64,000 bases of DNA, taken from NCBI GenBank assembly GCA_963715985.1, contig CAVQSP010000020.1, forward strand, positions 61,453 through 125,452, given 5' to 3'. The stretch comes from an uncultured Thermoleophilia bacterium (GTDB taxonomy: Bacteria > Actinomycetota > Thermoleophilia > UBA2241). The notes below the pieces were generated by a model. The model was not told the DNA's origin. It searched no databases and saw only the letters and a list, made by a program, of their open reading frames with translations. Shown one piece after another: positions 37,291 to 46,238 of this stretch; the first letter of the stretch is position 1; each line of letters opens with the position of its first letter. Both the position numbers and the translations under genes were made by a program.

Positions 37291-37300
37291 ACTACGTCGG

Positions 37301-38383
37301 TCAATCGACGACCTGGAGCTCCTTGGGCAGCAGGGTGAGCCGCTCGCAGCCGTCGCCCGTCACGAGCACGGTATCCTCGATGCGCACACCGGCCACTCCC
37401 TCGAGGTAGATGCCAGGCTCCACGGTGCACACCATGCCGGCCTCGAGCACGTCGCCGCGGACCCGCCCCAGGGTCGGGGCCTCGTGCACCTCGAGCCCGA
37501 CGCCGTGGCCGGTGCCGTGACCGAAGCGCTCGCCGTACCCGGCCTCGGTGATGACCCTGCGTGCCGCCGCGTCCACGTCGGCGCGACCGCTCGCGCCGGC
37601 GCGGACTGCCTCTACGCCGGCGAGCTGTGCCTCGAGCACCGTGTCGTACACGCGGCGCAGGTCGTCCGGCGGGTCCGCGCCGGCGGCGTACGTGCGGGTG
37701 ATGTCGCTGCAGTACCCGTCCACGCGTGCCCCGGTGTCGATGATCACGAGCTCGCCCGGCGCGATGACGCGGTCACCGGGGATGGCATGCGCGTGTGCGG
37801 CGTGGCTCCCGGCGGCGACGATGGTCGTGAAGGCCTCGCCCTCCGCTCCCAGGCGGTGGAACTCGACCTGGACCTGCCACGCCACGTCGCGCTCGCGGCG
37901 CCCGCAGAGCCCGTCGGCGACGGTCGCCGCAAGCGCCTCATCGGTGACGGCGGCAGCCCGCCGCATGACCGCGATCTCCGCCTGGTCCTTGACAACGCGC
38001 AGGCGCGTCAGCCGCACGCCGACGTTGCGCAATCGCCCGGCGTGAGCGCGGCGCAGCCGCCGGTAGGCGGCGTAGCTCAGGTCGCCGCCCTGGAAGCCGA
38101 GGCTGACAGACGCACCCATGCGGGCGACACCGGCAGCGAGGGCGTCGATGATCAAGTCCCCACTGGTCGCCTGGACCAGCTCGAAGTCCACGACCTCCTC
38201 GCGCACCTGTTGCAGGTAGCGCGCGTCGGTGACGATCAGGGCCAGATCCTCGCCCACAAGCAGAGCGGTATCGTCGCCGCGGAAGCCCGACAGATAGCGC
38301 ACGTCGCTGGGACGAGTGACAAGCAACGCGTCGAGACCGAGTCCGTCGAGCAGGCGCCGGCAGCGGAGGAGGCGCTCGCTCAT
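37301..38383 (-). CDS. pepQ: Xaa-Pro aminopeptidase (M24B)
   Basis: MSERLLRCRRLLDGLGLDALLV...; metal ligands in DTGARVDGYCSDITRT, HGTGHGVGLEVHE, EPGIY. The ATG at 38383 overlaps the aroQ stop (ATGA). Confidence 0.85.
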   Translation of the reverse strand: MSERLLRCRRLLDGLGLDALLVTRPSDVRYLSGFRGDDTALLVGEDLALIVTDARYLQQVREEVVDFELVQATSGDLIIDALAAGVARMGASVSLGFQGGDLSYAAYRRLRRAHAGRLRNVGVRLTRLRVVKDQAEIAVMRRAAAVTDEALAATVADGLCGRRERDVAWQVQVEFHRLGAEGEAFTTIVAAGSHAAHAHAIPGDRVIAPGELVIIDTGARVDGYCSDITRTYAAGADPPDDLRRVYDTVLEAQLAGVEAVRAGASGRADVDAAARRVITEAGYGERFGHGTGHGVGLEVHEAPTLGRVRGDVLEAGMVCTVEPGIYLEGVAGVRIEDTVLVTGDGCERLTLLPKELQVVD

Positions 38384-38847
38384 CGCTGCTCTCCGGCGCC
38401 CGTCAGGCGGGCGAGCGCTTCGATGGCCTCGGCATACCCCGCTGCGCCCCTGCCGCTGACACGCACGGCCACCACGTCGGCGATCACCGAGTGACGTCGC
38501 CATTCCTCGCGCCGCTCCACGTCGCTGAGGTGGACCTCCGCGACGGGCGCCTGCACCAGCTCGAGCGCGTCGTGCAGCGCGTAGCTGTAGTGCGTCCAGG
38601 CGCCGGGGTTGATGACGACGGCCCCGGCACCCTCGCGGGCGATGTCGTGCAGCTTCTCGACCAGCTCACCCTCGTGGTTGGTCTGGAAGGCCTCCACCGC
38701 GAATCCGTGCTCCGCACCCTGCTCCACCACGTAGGCTTCAAGCTCGGCCAGCGTGAGTGCGCCGTAGTGTGCCGGATCGCGCGTGCCGAGCATGTCCAGG
38801 TTCACCCCGTGCAGCAGCCAGAGGGTGCTCAGCGTGCCAGCAGCCAT
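38380..38847 (-). CDS. aroQ: 3-dehydroquinate dehydratase, type II
   Basis: LWLLHGVNLDMLGTRDPAHYG..., FQTNHEGELVEKLH, INPGAWTHYSYAL. The start may be internal to the listed ORF. Confidence 0.9.
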   Translation of the reverse strand: MAAGTLSTLWLLHGVNLDMLGTRDPAHYGALTLAELEAYVVEQGAEHGFAVEAFQTNHEGELVEKLHDIAREGAGAVVINPGAWTHYSYALHDALELVQAPVAEVHLSDVERREEWRRHSVIADVVAVRVSGRGAAGYAEAIEALARLTGAGEQR

Positions 38848-39917
38848 TCGACCACCTCCAGCTCGAGAGCGTGTGGCACCCGCACGCCGGCGCGCGGCGC
38901 GCCGACCGCCTCAAGGAGCACATAGCCGACCCCGTCGTCGCCGGCCTTCTTGTCGCGGCCGGTCAGGCTGACGACCTGCTCCGCGGTGAGCCCATCGAGA
39001 CGACGCGGAAGGCCAAGGCCGTCGAGCAGATCGTGGCCGGCCTGCTCCTCCACCGCACTCAGACCACACAGGCGCTGCGAGAGCCAGAGGGCGGCGTGCA
39101 GGCCCAGCGCCACGGCCTCTCCATGGGAGAAGCGGCGGAAGGACGTGGCGGCCTCGATGGCGTGGCCGATGGTGTGGCCGAGGTTCAGCAGGGCGCGGCG
39201 GCCGGTCTCCTCGCGCTCGTCCGCGGCGACCACCGCGAGCTTGTACGAGACGCATGCCGCCACGAGGTGGTCCGCGATGCCCGCAGCCGTGAGGCCTCCA
39301 CCGGCGAGCGCGTCCGCCCATGACCAGAGGTCGCCGCCGGCGAGCAGGGCGTACTTGGCGACTTCGGCGGCCCCGCCGTGCAGTTCGGCCTTCGGCAGCG
39401 TGACGAGAGTGTCGAGGTCGCACACCACGAGGCGCGGCTGGTAGAAGGTCCCCACGTAGTTCTTGCCGGAACGGAAGTCCACGGCGACCTTGCCGCCGAT
39501 GCCCGCATCCACCTGCGCAAGCAGCGTCGTGGGCAGCTGAACGAACCGTACGCCGCGCTGGTACGTGGCGGCGACAAAGCCCACGAGGTCGCCGACGACG
39601 CCTCCGCCCAACGCGACGACGACGTCCGTCCTGCGCACGCCCCGGTCGTAGAACACGCCGTACATCTCCTCGGCCCGGGCCAGGTCCTTCTGGGCCTCGC
39701 CCGCGGGGATCACGACGTGCGACACCGAGTACCCCGCGCCGGTGAGGCTGCGGCGCACCCCCTCGAGATACAGCGGCGCCACGTTCTCGTCGCAGCACAC
39801 CACCGCCTGACGTCCGCCTAGCCGGCGCTCGATCTCAGCGCCGGCGCCCGCCAGCAGACCGCGGCCGACGAGGACGTCGTAGTCGCGAGAGAGGCCGGAC
39901 GAGGACACGCGCCTCAC
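38829..39917 (-). CDS. aroB: 3-dehydroquinate synthase
   Basis: 362 aa. ALGGGVVGDLVGFVAATYQRGVRFVQLPTTLLAQVD, LNLGHTIGHAIE. Confidence 0.9.
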   Translation of the reverse strand: MRRVSSSGLSRDYDVLVGRGLLAGAGAEIERRLGGRQAVVCCDENVAPLYLEGVRRSLTGAGYSVSHVVIPAGEAQKDLARAEEMYGVFYDRGVRRTDVVVALGGGVVGDLVGFVAATYQRGVRFVQLPTTLLAQVDAGIGGKVAVDFRSGKNYVGTFYQPRLVVCDLDTLVTLPKAELHGGAAEVAKYALLAGGDLWSWADALAGGGLTAAGIADHLVAACVSYKLAVVAADEREETGRRALLNLGHTIGHAIEAATSFRRFSHGEAVALGLHAALWLSQRLCGLSAVEEQAGHDLLDGLGLPRRLDGLTAEQVVSLTGRDKKAGDDGVGYVLLEAVGAPRAGVRVPHALELEVVEWLLAR

Positions 39918-40492
39918 GGACGGCCTCCCACCGGGGCGCCGCGGACCGGCACGAGCAGGGCGGCGATCTCGTCCACCACATCCGCGAGGTCGCGGGCGGC
40001 GCCGTTGGCCACGCGTGACCCGGCGACCTGCTCGTACAGGGCGGCGCGCTCCTCGTACCGGGCACGAAAGGCCTCAAGGTCGGCAGCCAGAGGGCGCTCG
40101 TCCTCTCCGCCGGACGTCACGCGCCGCCAGAGGTCGTCGATGGGCGCGGTGAGCCACACGACCAAGGGAAAGCCTGCCAAGGCCTCACGTACCTCGCTGC
40201 TGAGCACTGCACCGCCGCCAAGCGCCACGACGCGGGGATGGACACATGCGTCCGCGAGTACGCGCCGCACCACCTCGCGCTCGAGGGCACGAAAGCCGGC
40301 CTCGCCGGAGCGCGCGAAGATCTGCGGAATGGGTCCCGCTTCACGCGCGATGACTTCGTCGCAGTCCACGAAGGCGAGGCCGAGACGCGCGGCCAACGCG
40401 CGGCCCACACTGCTCTTGCCCGCGCCCATGAAGCCGACGAGCGCGACCGGTCCCGGGCCTCCGGCGAGAGACGCGTCCGCGGTCGAGCTCAC
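39914..40492 (-). CDS. aroK: Shikimate kinase
   Basis: VALVGFMGAGKSSVGRALA (Walker A), ALGGGAV. The GTG at 40492 overlaps the aroC stop (GTGA). Confidence 0.85.
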   Translation of the reverse strand: MSSTADASLAGGPGPVALVGFMGAGKSSVGRALAARLGLAFVDCDEVIAREAGPIPQIFARSGEAGFRALEREVVRRVLADACVHPRVVALGGGAVLSSEVREALAGFPLVVWLTAPIDDLWRRVTSGGEDERPLAADLEAFRARYEERAALYEQVAGSRVANGAARDLADVVDEIAALLVPVRGAPVGGRP

Positions 40493-41646
40493 CGCCGTCG
40501 CGCCCGCGCGCGGAACGCGTCCACCGCCTCGACGAACTCGGTCACCGTGGCACCGCCAAAGCGCTCGAGCGCCGCGTCCGCAAGGGCGAGCGCCACGACC
40601 GCCTCGAGCACGACTCCCGCCGCCGGCACGGCGCACACGTCCGACCGCTCGAAGCGCGACTCGACGGGGCGATGGTCGTCCATATCCACGCTGGGCAGTG
40701 GCGTCCGCAACGTCGCGATGGGCTTCATGGCGGCGCGCAGGACGACGGCCTCGCCCGTCGAGATGCCGCCCTCCACCCCGCCGGCGTTATTGGAGGCGCG
40801 CACGTACCCGCGGTCCTCGTCGTAGCCGAGGGCGTCGTGGACCTGGCTGCCGGAGCGGGAGGCGGCGGCGAACCCAAGGCCGAACTCGAGTCCTTTGATG
40901 GCCGGCACTGAGAAGACGGCGGCGGCCAGCGCCGCCTGCAGGCGACGGTCGCCCTGCACGTACGTGCCGACTCCCGGCGGGTATCCAGTCGCCACGACCT
41001 CGACGACGCCGCCCAGCGTGTCGCCGGCGGCTTCGGCGGCGTCCACGGCGGCGCGCATGCGCGCGCTGGCCTCGGCGTCGGCGCAGCGCATGGGATCCTC
41101 GTCCACGCGCGCCAGGGCCTCGGCCGAGGGCCTCACGGCGGCAGTCACGCCACCGACGCTCACGACATGGCTGGCCACCTGGCACCCGGCGCTCTCCAGC
41201 AGAAGCTTGGCCACCGCCCCGCACGCGACCTTGGCGGCGGTCTCGCGCGCGCTGGCGCGCTCGATCACGTCGCGCAGATCGTCCAGACCGTAGAGCAGCG
41301 CCCCTCCGAGGTCGGCGTGGCCCGGCCTCGGAACCCGGACCGGCTCCGCCGCCGCTTCCGGCGGGTCGACCGCAAGGGTGTCTCCCCAGTTGGCCGCGTC
41401 CCTGTTGTCGACGGCCAGCGCGATGGGCGCTCCCGTGGTCCGCCCGTAGCGGACCCCGCCCAGAAGCCGCGCATGGTCGCGCTCGATGGCCTGGCGCCCG
41501 CCGCGTCCGTACCCGAGCTGGCGGCGAGCGAGCTCGGCGTCGATGCGCGCGCGAGATACGGCCAGCCCGGCCGGGCAGCCCTCGAGCACGGCCGTCAGCA
41601 GGGGACCGTGCGATTCACCAGCTGTGAGGTAGCGCAAGCGAGTCAC
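40489..41646 (-). CDS. aroC: Chorismate synthase
   Basis: 385 aa. MTRLRYLTAGESHGPLLTAVLEGCPAG, RPGHADL, GRSSARETA-like ERASARETAAKV. Confidence 0.95.
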   Translation of the reverse strand: MTRLRYLTAGESHGPLLTAVLEGCPAGLAVSRARIDAELARRQLGYGRGGRQAIERDHARLLGGVRYGRTTGAPIALAVDNRDAANWGDTLAVDPPEAAAEPVRVPRPGHADLGGALLYGLDDLRDVIERASARETAAKVACGAVAKLLLESAGCQVASHVVSVGGVTAAVRPSAEALARVDEDPMRCADAEASARMRAAVDAAEAAGDTLGGVVEVVATGYPPGVGTYVQGDRRLQAALAAAVFSVPAIKGLEFGLGFAAASRSGSQVHDALGYDEDRGYVRASNNAGGVEGGISTGEAVVLRAAMKPIATLRTPLPSVDMDDHRPVESRFERSDVCAVPAAGVVLEAVVALALADAALERFGGATVTEFVEAVDAFRARARRR

Positions 41647-41707
41647 CTCTCTACCTTACCGGCAGGCTCACCGCGGGAAAAGCGGCTTCGGGGGGCGCGA
41701 CCAACGA

Positions 41708-41734
41708 GTCGGGGCGGCCTGCGGCCGCCCCGAC
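41708..41734 (-). terminator. Perfect 12-bp GC hairpin between the pil operon end and aroC (weak or no U-tract)
   Basis: gtcggggcggcc-tgc-ggccgccccgac. Located 27 nt downstream of the stop at 41761. Confidence 0.45.
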
Positions 41735-41760
41735 GAAGGACACTCGCTGACGCGTGGCGC

Positions 41761-42561
41761 CTACTTGACGACCACCTGACCGGCGTGGAGGACGAGCGTC
41801 TGGTCGCCGTGCATCACGGTGACGGTCTGCGCAGACGCGTTGATCGCGATGATGCTGATCTCGCCCCAAGAGGTGCTGATCGTGTCGCCGACCTCAAGCA
41901 TCGAGTACGTCTTGCCGTCGACCTCCAGGGTCGCCATCGCCACGCCGTTGCTGGTCGTGATGCTGAGCACCGAGATGGAGTGCCCGCTCACGCTCGTTCC
42001 GGAGCCGCTCTTCCCGATGCTGAGGACCGAGAGGTCGTAGCTCTTTCCGTTCTCGAGCGTCGCACGGACGGATTCGCCGAGGTTGACAGTGATCGACGTG
42101 TCGCCGTTCTTGAGCGTCCCGTCGATGACCGTGAACGTGACGTCGCCCGAGGTGATACCTGCGATCTTGAAGGCCGGCGATCCGCTCGGCACCGTGTCTC
42201 CGTTCTTCACCGTGTACTTGGTGCCGTTCACGGACACGCTGGCGGAGTACGACGCCGAGGTGGGGGTCGGGCTCGGTGTCGGAGTCGGCGTGCCGCCCGG
42301 CGTCACCAGCGGGATGAACGGATCCTTCGCCACGAACTGGTCGAGAAGCGCCTCCGTCTTCGCTGGATCGGCGACGGCCAGCCCTCCGGCACCTTCATCG
42401 CTGCCCAGGAGAGCCGGCTGCGCCACAGCGCCGGCCTGGCCCTGCGCGGTCGTGGTCGGAGCGGCCTCGTCGCTCCTCGAGAGCGCTACCGCGAGCGCGA
42501 GCGCGGCGCCGACGATGAGCGCGATGGCGATGTACGTGAGCGTGCGGCGGTCCCTGATCAC
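41761..42561 (-). CDS. Membrane-anchored T4P-associated protein with a PT-rich linker and two PilP/GspC-HR-like beta domains
   Basis: The GTG at 42561 overlaps the pilO stop (GTGA). TM helix TLTYIAIALIVGAALALAVAL, linker GGTPTPTPSPTPT. Two segments fit the pattern V.V.G..Y.V..GD......I..I....V.V: SVSVNGTKYTVKNGDTV...FKIAGITSGDVTFTV and LEVDGKTYSMLEVGDTIS...ISIIAINASAQTVTVMHG. Confidence 0.5.
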   Translation of the reverse strand: MIRDRRTLTYIAIALIVGAALALAVALSRSDEAAPTTTAQGQAGAVAQPALLGSDEGAGGLAVADPAKTEALLDQFVAKDPFIPLVTPGGTPTPTPSPTPTSASYSASVSVNGTKYTVKNGDTVPSGSPAFKIAGITSGDVTFTVIDGTLKNGDTSITVNLGESVRATLENGKSYDLSVLSIGKSGSGTSVSGHSISVLSITTSNGVAMATLEVDGKTYSMLEVGDTISTSWGEISIIAINASAQTVTVMHGDQTLVLHAGQVVVK

Positions 42562-43172
42562 TGCGCACCTCCCGCTGCCGGAGCGGCAGCTGCTCCGGCC
42601 CACAGATACGCGTTCAGCGCCACGGTCACGGTGAGCGGCGGCGCGGAGCCGTCCGTCGTCGCGGCGCCCCCGGCCATGGTCAGGCTCTGGATCTCGAGCA
42701 GACGTCCGGTGACGCGGAAGCTGGCGTTGCGGAAGGCGACGTAGTTCTCCAGGCGGTAGACGAAGTCCTCGATGTCGAAGAACCGGCCCGTGACCTGCAG
42801 CGTGACCGTCTGGATGCCGAACGGCGATCCGGGCGTCGTAGCACCCCGCGTGATCGAGTTGAGATCGACACCGGATGCGTCAGACGTGCGCGTGAGCTCG
42901 ATGATGAGCGACGGGATGCCCTCCGCCTGCGGCAGCATCTTGCCGAGACGCACGATCTCGGCGCGCGACTGTGGTGCCGTCTTCTTGTAGGACTCGAGAC
43001 GGACGACTTCCTGCTGGGCGGTCTCGAGGGCCGTCTGCTGGGCGGTGATCTGATCGCCGATGTCACTCATCTGCTGACGCATGGGGCTGAAGAGCAGGAA
43101 GTACCAGGCGACGATGAGGACCACCGCGACGACCGCGGCGATGATGTAGATCTCGCGGCCGCGGGCCCTCAT
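42558..43172 (-). CDS. pilO: Type IV pilus assembly protein PilO
   Basis: 204 aa. N-terminal TM helix, coiled coil (QITAQQTALETAQQEVVRLESYKK), then a ferredoxin-like C-terminus. Position after pilN. Confidence 0.75.
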   Translation of the reverse strand: MRARGREIYIIAAVVAVVLIVAWYFLLFSPMRQQMSDIGDQITAQQTALETAQQEVVRLESYKKTAPQSRAEIVRLGKMLPQAEGIPSLIIELTRTSDASGVDLNSITRGATTPGSPFGIQTVTLQVTGRFFDIEDFVYRLENYVAFRNASFRVTGRLLEIQSLTMAGGAATTDGSAPPLTVTVALNAYLWAGAAAAPAAGGAQ

Positions 43173-43810
43173 TGTGCCGCCCCCAGCTGCGTGGCGGGCG
43201 GCGCCGTCATGAACGGACGCAGCGACGCCGTCACGGTGAACGCGACCGTGGACTGCGTGGTCGTGGTGCCCGCCGCCCCCGACGACGTCGAAAGCTGGAC
43301 ATTCGTGAGCTGCGGGATGAGGCCGAGTCTCGTCATGAACTCGGCCACGTCCTTGTGCGTATAGGTGGTGCCGGAGAAGGTGACGTCAGGAGTCGCGGCG
43401 GCCACGGTACCGGCCGGCACCGCGGTGCCGGGCAGCATCGTCGCCGGCACGACTGCGGACAGCGTCTGCAGGCGCACGTTCTCCGGGATGACCAGGCTGA
43501 TCTCCTGAAGGATGGTCGACCACGACACGCGCGAGTCGTAGATGCCCTGGGCGGCGGCGGCCATCGCCGTGCGCGTCGCCTGGATCTCCGCGTATGGCTG
43601 CAGCGCGAGCGCCTTCTGCTGTTCCGCCGCCGTTTGCGCGGTGAGGTCGTCGAGCTGCGCCTGTTTGGCGTTGACCTGGTTGTTCTGCCAGACGTACACG
43701 AGCCCCAACACCACGACCACGGCCACAAGGATGAGGATGGCCCACAGCAACCCTCGCTCGCGAGAGGCCCTGACGCGCTGTTCGGGCGGCAGCAGATTGA
43801 TGCGCTTCAT
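43169..43810 (-). CDS. pilN: Type IV pilus assembly protein PilN
   Basis: MKRINLLPPEQR (the conserved INLLP motif that binds PilM), a TM helix and a coiled coil. Confidence 0.85.
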   Translation of the reverse strand: MKRINLLPPEQRVRASRERGLLWAILILVAVVVVLGLVYVWQNNQVNAKQAQLDDLTAQTAAEQQKALALQPYAEIQATRTAMAAAAQGIYDSRVSWSTILQEISLVIPENVRLQTLSAVVPATMLPGTAVPAGTVAAATPDVTFSGTTYTHKDVAEFMTRLGLIPQLTNVQLSTSSGAAGTTTTQSTVAFTVTASLRPFMTAPPATQLGAAQ

Positions 43811-43816
43811 GGCGTG

Positions 43817-44906
43817 CTAGTCCTCGTCCTCGATCGCCAGGCCGAGCGCGATGGCCAGCCGCGGCGACATCGCCTGCAGGTCCGGCTCCGCCCATTGCGT
43901 CTTGTTCTCCGTGATGTGCTGCAGAGGGTTGCCGAGCTCGACCGCAAGGTGAAGCGCCTGCGTGAGGTACCCGGATACGTTGCGCGTGAGCGCGCCCTCG
44001 CCACTGAGGAGCACGCGGGAGATGGACCCCTCGTTCTCCTGGGAGTGGTAGTAGTCGATGGAACGACGGATCTCGTCGGCAAAGGCCTCGGCCGCAACGT
44101 CCAGGACCTCATGGATCTCCGCGACCGTGGTGGCCTCGTAGTCGCCCGCCGGCGGATCGCCGCCGGACAGGCCTACATTTATGCGCAGCGCCTCGGCCTC
44201 GTGCGCCTCGATCCCACGGTTGGACATCAGGGCCTCGACCAGCGTCTCGTAGCCGAGATTGATGACGCGCGTGAACTGCGGCAGACCGCTCACGGCCACG
44301 ACAAGGTTCGTGATGCCCGACCCGATGTTGACGATGGCTGCGCCCTCGGCACCCTGAACCGCGCCTTGGTCGACGAAGGCGACGCGTGGCGCAACGGCGC
44401 GCATGAGGGCAAAGGCCTGAAGGTCGATGCCCTCCATCATGAGACCAGCCTTCTTCGCCACCTCGGTGAACTGGCGGATCATGTCACGCTGGGCGGCGAC
44501 GATGAGGACCCTCTGGCGAGGGCCGCCGTCTTCCGAGGGGACATGTCGCCAGCACCTGGAAGTCGAGGACCGCGTCCTGAAGCGGGATCGGGATGGCCTC
44601 CTGCGCCTGGAACTCGATGGCGGCGCGAAGCTCCTTGGTGTCGATCACCGGGAACTCCATGGTGCGCACGACGATCTTCTGGTTGGCGACACCGAGAGAG
44701 AAGCGCTTGCCGGTGAAGCCGCTCTCCTTCCAGAAGGCCTTGAGCTCTGCGGCGAGCGAGTCGCTGTCGAGCACCTCGCCCTCGAAGACGAGGCCCTCAC
44801 GCATGGCGCGTACGTTGACGTGCGTGAGAGTACTGCCCTTCACCTGTGCGCCGGCAAGGGAGTTCTGCTCCAAGTCTATGCCCACGCGCACACCACTGCT
44901 GGCCAT
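43817..44906 (-). CDS. pilM: Type IV pilus assembly ATPase-fold protein PilM, reading frame broken near 44537-44546
   Basis: The N-terminal part is ORF 44484..44906 (VGIDLEQNSLAGAQVKG...EAIPIPLQDAVLDFQVLAT then nonsense). The +1 frame reads VPSEDGGPRQRVLIVAAQRDMIRQFTEVAKKAGL..IVNIGSGITNLVV.. (ORF 43817..44482). The shift is at a CCCC run. Confidence 0.85.
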
Positions 44907-44948
44907 GCTCGCCCCTCCGCCTGCCTTGACGCCCTCTAGCCGCGTTGT

Positions 44949-44997
44949 CGGCAGTCTTGCCGGTTACCTTTAGGAGCGAGGTTCGACAAGACTGCCG
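44949..44997 (-). promoter_or_regulatory. 11-bp perfect inverted repeat (cggcagtcttg / caagactgccg, 27-nt spacer) upstream of pilM
   Basis: Arms at 44949-44959 and 44987-44997, 43-91 nt upstream of the pilM ATG (44906). The spacer is relatively AT-rich (TCGAACCTCGCTCCTAAAGGTAACC on the minus strand). Confidence 0.4.
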
Positions 44998-45083
44998 CCG
45001 GCCCCTGCCCCACGGGTCGACCCTTAGTCTATTCATCCTTCATGCCGCAGGTACAGACCCACTTTCGTCAGCTCGGTCGGCGG

Positions 45084-46238
45084 TCACCGGCCGACGGCCA
45101 GTACGACGGACCGCGAGAGGCCGGGGAGCTGCCTGCGGCGCCAATCGATGGGCGTGTGGAGCGTAAGCGGTGCGTCGACCGTGAGGTGCGCCGCGAACAG
45201 GTGCCCCGCGATAGACGACGGCCCCGCGACCTCGAGATGACCACAGACGACGAGGGCACCCTCGAGGGACGCGCCCACGTCTGGGGCGCCCAGGACGGCG
45301 TCGCCTTCCAGAACGACGACCACCGGGCACGCAGAGGCGGGACGCTCGCCCTCGACTCGGACCGGCACCCCCGCGCCTGCCGGCACGACGATAGCGAAGC
45401 CCTCGGCGGTGGACGCCTCGTCCCCAGCCGGCGGGGCGGGAGGCAGTCGGGCGAGGTCGAGCACACCACCGGTGAGCGCACCCCCCGGGGAGAGCGCTAT
45501 CTCGAGCAGTCCGGCGAGCACGGCCGGGTCTGGTGGCGCTGTGAGCGCCTCGACCGGGCCGGCGCCCGTGTGGACGTCCGTGTCGGCGGCGTACACGGGG
45601 TCGCCTGGAGCGACGGCGTGGACCTCTTCGCCGGCCGCCCAGATGCCTCCCAGGGCGTGAGCGCCTGCGGCCGGCCAGACATCGCCGTGTACGCCGTCTG
45701 GGGGACCGGCGCCCAGGCCGTCTCCGACGGGGCCGGCGAACGTGAGCCACTCGCGGCCGCGGATGCTGCCGCCGCTGTAGAGCCCACCACCGGTGACGCC
45801 TACAGGAGCGGTGAGTTCGATGTCGTGGGCGACGACGAGCCCCTGGGCGGCGGTCTCGGCACGGAGTTCGAGGACTACGTTCAACCGGCGGGCGGCAACG
45901 GGAGTCGTCGCCGAGAGCGTGAGGTGCACCTGAGGCCACGCCGCGGCGTTCGTGGTCGTCTCCGGGGCGCAGACGACCCGCCACGCCGAGGCAGCGATAC
46001 CGTCGCCGCCATCGAGACTCCAGGCGAGGTGCTGCGGCCGTCTCCACAGTTCGAGGCCGGCGCGGTCCACAGCTCTGCTCACCACCTGGTCGGCGATCGC
46101 ACCGGAACGGTCGGCACCGACGACCCCCTGCGTGGCGCTGACAGCCGCCACGCAGGCGGACGCGAACACGGCGGCCAGGACTGTGACCACGAGCGCGGCG
46201 AGGAGCGCGTACCCCTCCTGCAAGTGCCCCGTGCTCAC
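45084..46238 (-). CDS. Large PilX-like minor-pilin-operon protein (hydrophobic N-terminus, Gly/Ala/Val-rich body)
   Basis: The GTG at 46238 overlaps the upstream stop (GTGA). N-terminus LQEGYALLAALVVTVLAAVFASACVA resembles the PilX_N pattern (E-G-x-A-L-hydrophobic) and lacks Glu5. It is the last gene of the fimT-pilV-pilW-pilX-like operon. Confidence 0.5.
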   Translation of the reverse strand: MSTGHLQEGYALLAALVVTVLAAVFASACVAAVSATQGVVGADRSGAIADQVVSRAVDRAGLELWRRPQHLAWSLDGGDGIAASAWRVVCAPETTTNAAAWPQVHLTLSATTPVAARRLNVVLELRAETAAQGLVVAHDIELTAPVGVTGGGLYSGGSIRGREWLTFAGPVGDGLGAGPPDGVHGDVWPAAGAHALGGIWAAGEEVHAVAPGDPVYAADTDVHTGAGPVEALTAPPDPAVLAGLLEIALSPGGALTGGVLDLARLPPAPPAGDEASTAEGFAIVVPAGAGVPVRVEGERPASACPVVVVLEGDAVLGAPDVGASLEGALVVCGHLEVAGPSSIAGHLFAAHLTVDAPLTLHTPIDWRRRQLPGLSRSVVLAVGR

